A stretch of 64,000 nucleotides of DNA. It comes from Lytechinus pictus. Its lineage: Eukaryota. The notes under the pieces are model-generated. The model saw nothing but the letters and a program-made list of their open reading frames with translations, was not told the DNA's origin and did no database searches. The stretch is from positions 9,860,001-9,924,000 of the forward strand of contig NC_087252.1 of NCBI RefSeq assembly GCF_037042905.1. Direction: 5' to 3'. The position numbers were made by a program, and so were the translations under genes. Shown here one piece after another: positions 1 to 64,000 of this stretch; the stretch's first letter is position 1; each line of letters starts with the position of its first letter.

Positions 1-1182
1 TTTTAGAATTTATTGCACTGAATTAATGTTACGATCAATCTTTTTTTTTCGTGAAAAAAAATGAAAAAAAAATCACTGCATGATCAACACGCCCTTATTT
101 TAAAGAATTGTTTGCTTCTTAAATATTTCTTTTCTTTTTTTACATCCTTATTTTTTTCTTTATTTTATTTTATTTTTCCTTCGCTTTTTTATTTTTTTTC
201 TTCGTTCTTTTTCTTTTCTTGTCTCATTATTTCTTGTCTTTTTCTTCCTTTCATTCGTATTCTTGACTGTTCTTTACTTTTTCCTTTGTTTTTCTTTTTT
301 CTGTTTTTATTATCTATATAAGTGTTTTTTTTTCTCTCCTCTTTTTTGTCTTCTTCTTTTGGATGCCTCTTTCACTTGATTTTGCTTTTTAAAATACTTC
401 CTGCAATTTTCTTCTATTGCATTATGCTTTAGAAAAAAATGAACTGGATGTAGGGCATGAGTAAAAGGGGAAGGGAAAAAAAAGAAATGATAACAATAGA
501 ATAAAAAAGATAAAGAAAAAGTGTGAAATTAGTCTTCAATCCAGACTCGGTTATTTCAATAGTTAAAAATCTTTACAGCTCATTCCCGTGGATGGCCTCA
601 CTGTACAGATCATCCTTTCCTCGAGGCCCAGTTATTTAAATGAATTTAAACATATCTTCAAAACTAAGATCCAACAATTTATCTTCATTGGAAAATAGAA
701 GATTATGCTTTGAGCATCTACATAAGTTGGGTTTGGTGCTTTATAACTACTCATACTTTGTATTCATTTCTTAGCGATGCATGGCATTGGTATACATTAC
801 TACAAATGTTTATACAAAACGCCGCAAATGAATATTTGGTCGACGGTCACAAGAACTAAAGAATCGGCTCGGTGTAAAAAGGGCAGAGGTAAAAATGGCA
901 GAGGTAAAAATGGTGGAGGTAAAAATGACAAATATAAAAGTGGAAAAGGTAAAAATGGCAAAGGTTAAAATGTCAGAGGTAATAATGGCAGAGGAAATAA
1001 TGGCAGAGGTAAAAATGGCAGAGGTAAAATGGCAGAGGTAAAAATGGCAGAGGTATTTGATAACACTTGAGTTTTTTTTTTTTTCTTGGACTTACATGCA
1101 CGACCTTCTCATGTCAAATCGCTCTTCTATACTCAACTTTGAAGAACACTTTGGATCCCAAATACTATACTTAACTCATTAC

Positions 1183-1653
1183 AGGGGAAATTCACACTGA
1201 CATAAAGTTTATTAAAATGATATTGGTGTCGGTTTTAGGGAATCCATCAAAGATTTAAAAAGCTACTAAAATTATGCCTGTTGATGGGGACGTCATCTGT
1301 GAGCAGTTTTCCCCATATATGGAGTAATAAAAGAATATCAATGAAATGTCATTAAAAAAAAAAAAGAAAATGGTTTCAAATGTACCTTAAGTATATTAAC
1401 ATACAAATAATTTAACATCCACTCCGGAAAGATTTTTTTAGCAATCATGAACCACTGATTAGAAAAAATGAAAAGTAGACATTTTGGTGCAGGGAATACG
1501 GGGCAGTTACTGGTATATGACGTTACAGATTGAAAATCAATCTTTTAATAACTCTTAATCTTTGATTGGTTTTCCGCAAACCTTCACTAATATATGTATA
1601 CTTGTATATATATTTTTTTTACAGTAAACCTTTTGTCAGGGTGAATTTCCCCT
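1183..1653. mobile_element. Older Kolobok-like MITE
   Basis: aggggaaattcac..tgac / gtca..gtgaatttcccct; degenerate TTAA flanks. Confidence 0.6.
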
Positions 1654-1676
1654 TCAAAACAGGTCGTTAGAATGGT

Positions 1677-2350
1677 ACCCCTTTCATATTGCGCTTTTCA
1701 CCGGCGAACTTCACCGGCGAAGTTCGCCAGCGAAGGAGAAAGTGTCCAGTATGAAAGGTACACAGGAGAACTTCACCGGTGAAGTTCGCCGGCGAACTTC
1801 TCCACCTCTAGAGGTGGAGAACTTCGCCGGTGAAACTGTTTCACCGGCGAAGTTCACCGGTGAAAAGGCCAGTATGAAAGCAAACCGGAGAACTTCTTTT
1901 CTTTAATGACGTCAGAGGTCAATTTTTTCTCTCCCAAAGTCCCCTGTACCGAGATTCCGCGCGCGATAGTTGCAAGTTCAGCTGAATGCTATGGCCAAGT
2001 AGATACCCTCGAACATGATTTTTTTTTTACTAACAATATTTATATAAAAAGCAATTTGTACATGTATAAAATGCGCTAAAATATAAAAACAAGGTGATAT
2101 TGTTTGTTTTTCTCGTAATACTTCCAAAATATGTTGTAAATAATTGTTTTTATACCGTTTGTAATATAGGTAAGAAGTAATGTATACAATTTTCTTTCGT
2201 ATGTTCTGCAATCGCCCGTTGACTTTCGCCGGGGAAGAAATGTCAGTGCGAAAGGGTACATTTTTTTCTTCGCCGGGGAAGTGAGGAATGCGAGGCGGAA
2301 AAGTTCGCCGGCGAAGTTCGCCGGTGAAAAATGAAGAGGGCAGTATGAAG
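1677..2350. repeat. Palindrome-rich repeat (TTCRCCGGYGAA units), MITE-like
   Basis: About a dozen self-complementary ttcaccggcgaa / ttcgccggtgaa motifs clustered at both ends. Confidence 0.6.
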
Positions 2351-2410
2351 AAACATCTCTGTAAATTTAAATCCCTGATTCGCTTCACACTTCAAAATTC
2401 ATGCGGTACC

Positions 2411-3382
2411 CGTTACCATAGAAATTAGTTAAGGAAGTTGTTATATATAAGAAGAATTGTAAGAGCAATTACATTAATTTATTTAGTGATCTTCTCTATA
2501 AGGATATTTTGGGGATATTTTGGAATGATTAAGAATGTTCCAGAAGGCTCTATAGTACAGCTGTGTTACACATTAGTAATCTTTGAATAATCTTTGTTAT
2601 CTCTGGTATGTCCCAAGAGAGACAATACAGACTGCTAAACAATAGAGATTGCTTTACAATAGCCTTGTATTGGTAGTGGAAATAAACAATACGCTTAGCT
2701 ATTTTGCTGACACTGTTGATTTCAATGAGGTCATTCAAGAGTGTTCTAATTGTAGACTGCTCTAGAAATGGGCAGAATGTTCTTTATCAGACAATAGAAG
2801 CCTCTAGAATAGTGAATACTAGAATGATCTAGAATAGTTGAAATGTGTATATATAACTGGCGGTTTCTTCAAGGACATCATCATATCAGATCAGAACTCC
2901 GAGTTTCACGCCAGACTTTATGTCAGAGCAGAGTTTATTTCCACCTTGAATATTTATCTTCGGTAGAATTATTTGAACACCATCAATGAACTGTTTGCCG
3001 TTATTTTGAGAGAGGAATTCTCAGTTCTCATCGAGATCATCAACCTGTTCAATGAACGCTTTTCAACCCATGGATTACTGAAATTGACTGTTAATCATCA
3101 TCAACATCGTCTTCACGGACATTTCAACTCGTTACAGTGATTCTTATTATTCATCGTGCTTCAACATCAGTTTCATCATCGCCATCATTGTGGACTTTTA
3201 TCTGGATACTATCATTTTGATTAATTGCCAGAACTAATCTCAAGAGACGTACATGTAAGATCAATCTTTATTTATGTTTATTTATGATTGTAAATGTATA
3301 ATTAATTTCCTGTAATAAAAAAAGAGGAAATCACATCTAAAATTAAAAAATATTTCATTGTTATTGTTGCAGTATCGTAACA
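2411..3382 (+). mobile_element. Probable solo LTR
   Basis: (c)gttaccata...tatcgtaaca inverted termini, TATA at ~2850, AATAAA at ~3313; no TSD seen. Confidence 0.45.
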
Positions 3383-4277
3383 AAGTTGATATGCACTTGG
3401 ACTAGCTGCAATGAGGTATTAATCTGAAAAAAATGAGCACTAGTTGCTATGTATTATATCATTTACATTAAACTATATACGTGTCATATCAATGTCTATT
3501 CGGATCCAATATAATGTTGAAAACTTTATTTAAAAAATCACTTTTATTAGAGAAAGTTTTGTTATTTTTCTGTTATCAAAGTTATAAGTGGTTCAAAGAA
3601 ATCCCGAACTGGTCTATTTCAGCGTGTTAATTGTAGCGTTAATTGGTGTTTACATTACAATTCGTTTGGTATGTGTAATGAAGTGCTGTTCTTCTATACG
3701 AACAGCATGGCCAATATAAATCATTTTACTCACTAATTGAAATCATTTTGGCATGAAAATGTTTGAGAAACGATAAAGTATATACCTAAAATGGTGAAAA
3801 AGATCTAAATGATATCTCATCAGTTCATAACACTCGTTTTGTCGATATGAGTCCATTCAAGGTCAATAATTATGACTGATATTAACTAGAAAGGCTTTAC
3901 TTTTTTTTCTTGCTGATAAAGCATGTCATGATCTTTTACCTCTGTCATTATTACCTCTGCCATTTTACCCCTGCAATGTTTACCTCTGCCAATTTTTACC
4001 TCTGCCATTTTTACCCGGCACCGACGAATCAGTCAAAAAAATATTCATAGTTGAGGGACTAATCCGATTTTTGTTTCACTTACCATTATACCTCTCTCAC
4101 CTCGCTCGGTCGCATATTGATAAGCATATTCAAACTACAGTAGATTATTTTGCAACAAAACGATTGAAACAGCCATAAAAAAAAAAAGAATATCGTGTTA
4201 GATCTTGCCTATCATCCTTGAATGCGATGGTATTGTTATTTGTACCCCGTGTACGTGTATAAATAGATAAATCTTAC

Positions 4278-63893
<59,616 letters not shown>

Positions 63894-64000
63894 CTGGGAT
63901 GAAAAAAATACAAATGAGTATAAACAAAACTTGCTGGCAAACATATATTTCATTGCACTCATTCAAATGCATATTTAAATCAAGGGTTAAAAGCAGCCCG

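Larger units (their letters stand above)
865..4023. mobile_element. Foldback-like element with 15-bp tandem subterminal repeats, holding nested insertions
   Basis: (GGTAAAAATGGCAGA)n at 874-1054, inverted at 3934-4016; flanks aagaat/acgaat. Confidence 0.65.

Noticed and set aside
61..520. 86-aa Phe-rich ORF
   Set aside because: Low-complexity pyrimidine tract.
570..720. Possible terminal exon (…GKDDLYSEAIHGNEL-stop) and a candidate exon at 4084-4134
   Set aside because: Phase and acceptor cannot be resolved, and an in-frame stop precedes the motif; needs cDNA.
777..968. GKNG-repeat ORF
   Set aside because: Translation of the 15-bp transposon arm repeat.

Overview
AT-rich animal genomic DNA; the repeat types and fibropellin-like EGF exons suggest a sea urchin or similar invertebrate deuterostome (inference). 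Nearly the whole window is the 3' part of one large minus-strand, multi-exon gene that starts beyond the right edge. I reconstructed its exons by hand from splice sites and phases: about 22 single-exon EGF repeats (mostly Ca-binding type), then SEA (2 exons, GSIVV motif), EGF, Sushi/CCP, a transmembrane helix and a short cytoplasmic tail. The EGF array is still expanding as a ~1.58 kb four-exon higher-order repeat, with dead exons, a conversion tract and a complex duplication. The introns are full of nested mobile elements: an intact Tc1 (DD34E), a 5'-truncated L2/CR1-type LINE, a decayed L1/Tx1, a non-autonomous LTR element whose 3' LTR is split by a Transib-type element with RSS-like ends, plus Kolobok-, hAT-, Academ- and foldback-like MITEs and SINEs. 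The most unusual item is a small (TA)n-embedded element carrying a well-folded tRNA-like gene with a TCA (opal-reading) anticodon and a Pol III terminator. All calls are by eye; no searches were run.
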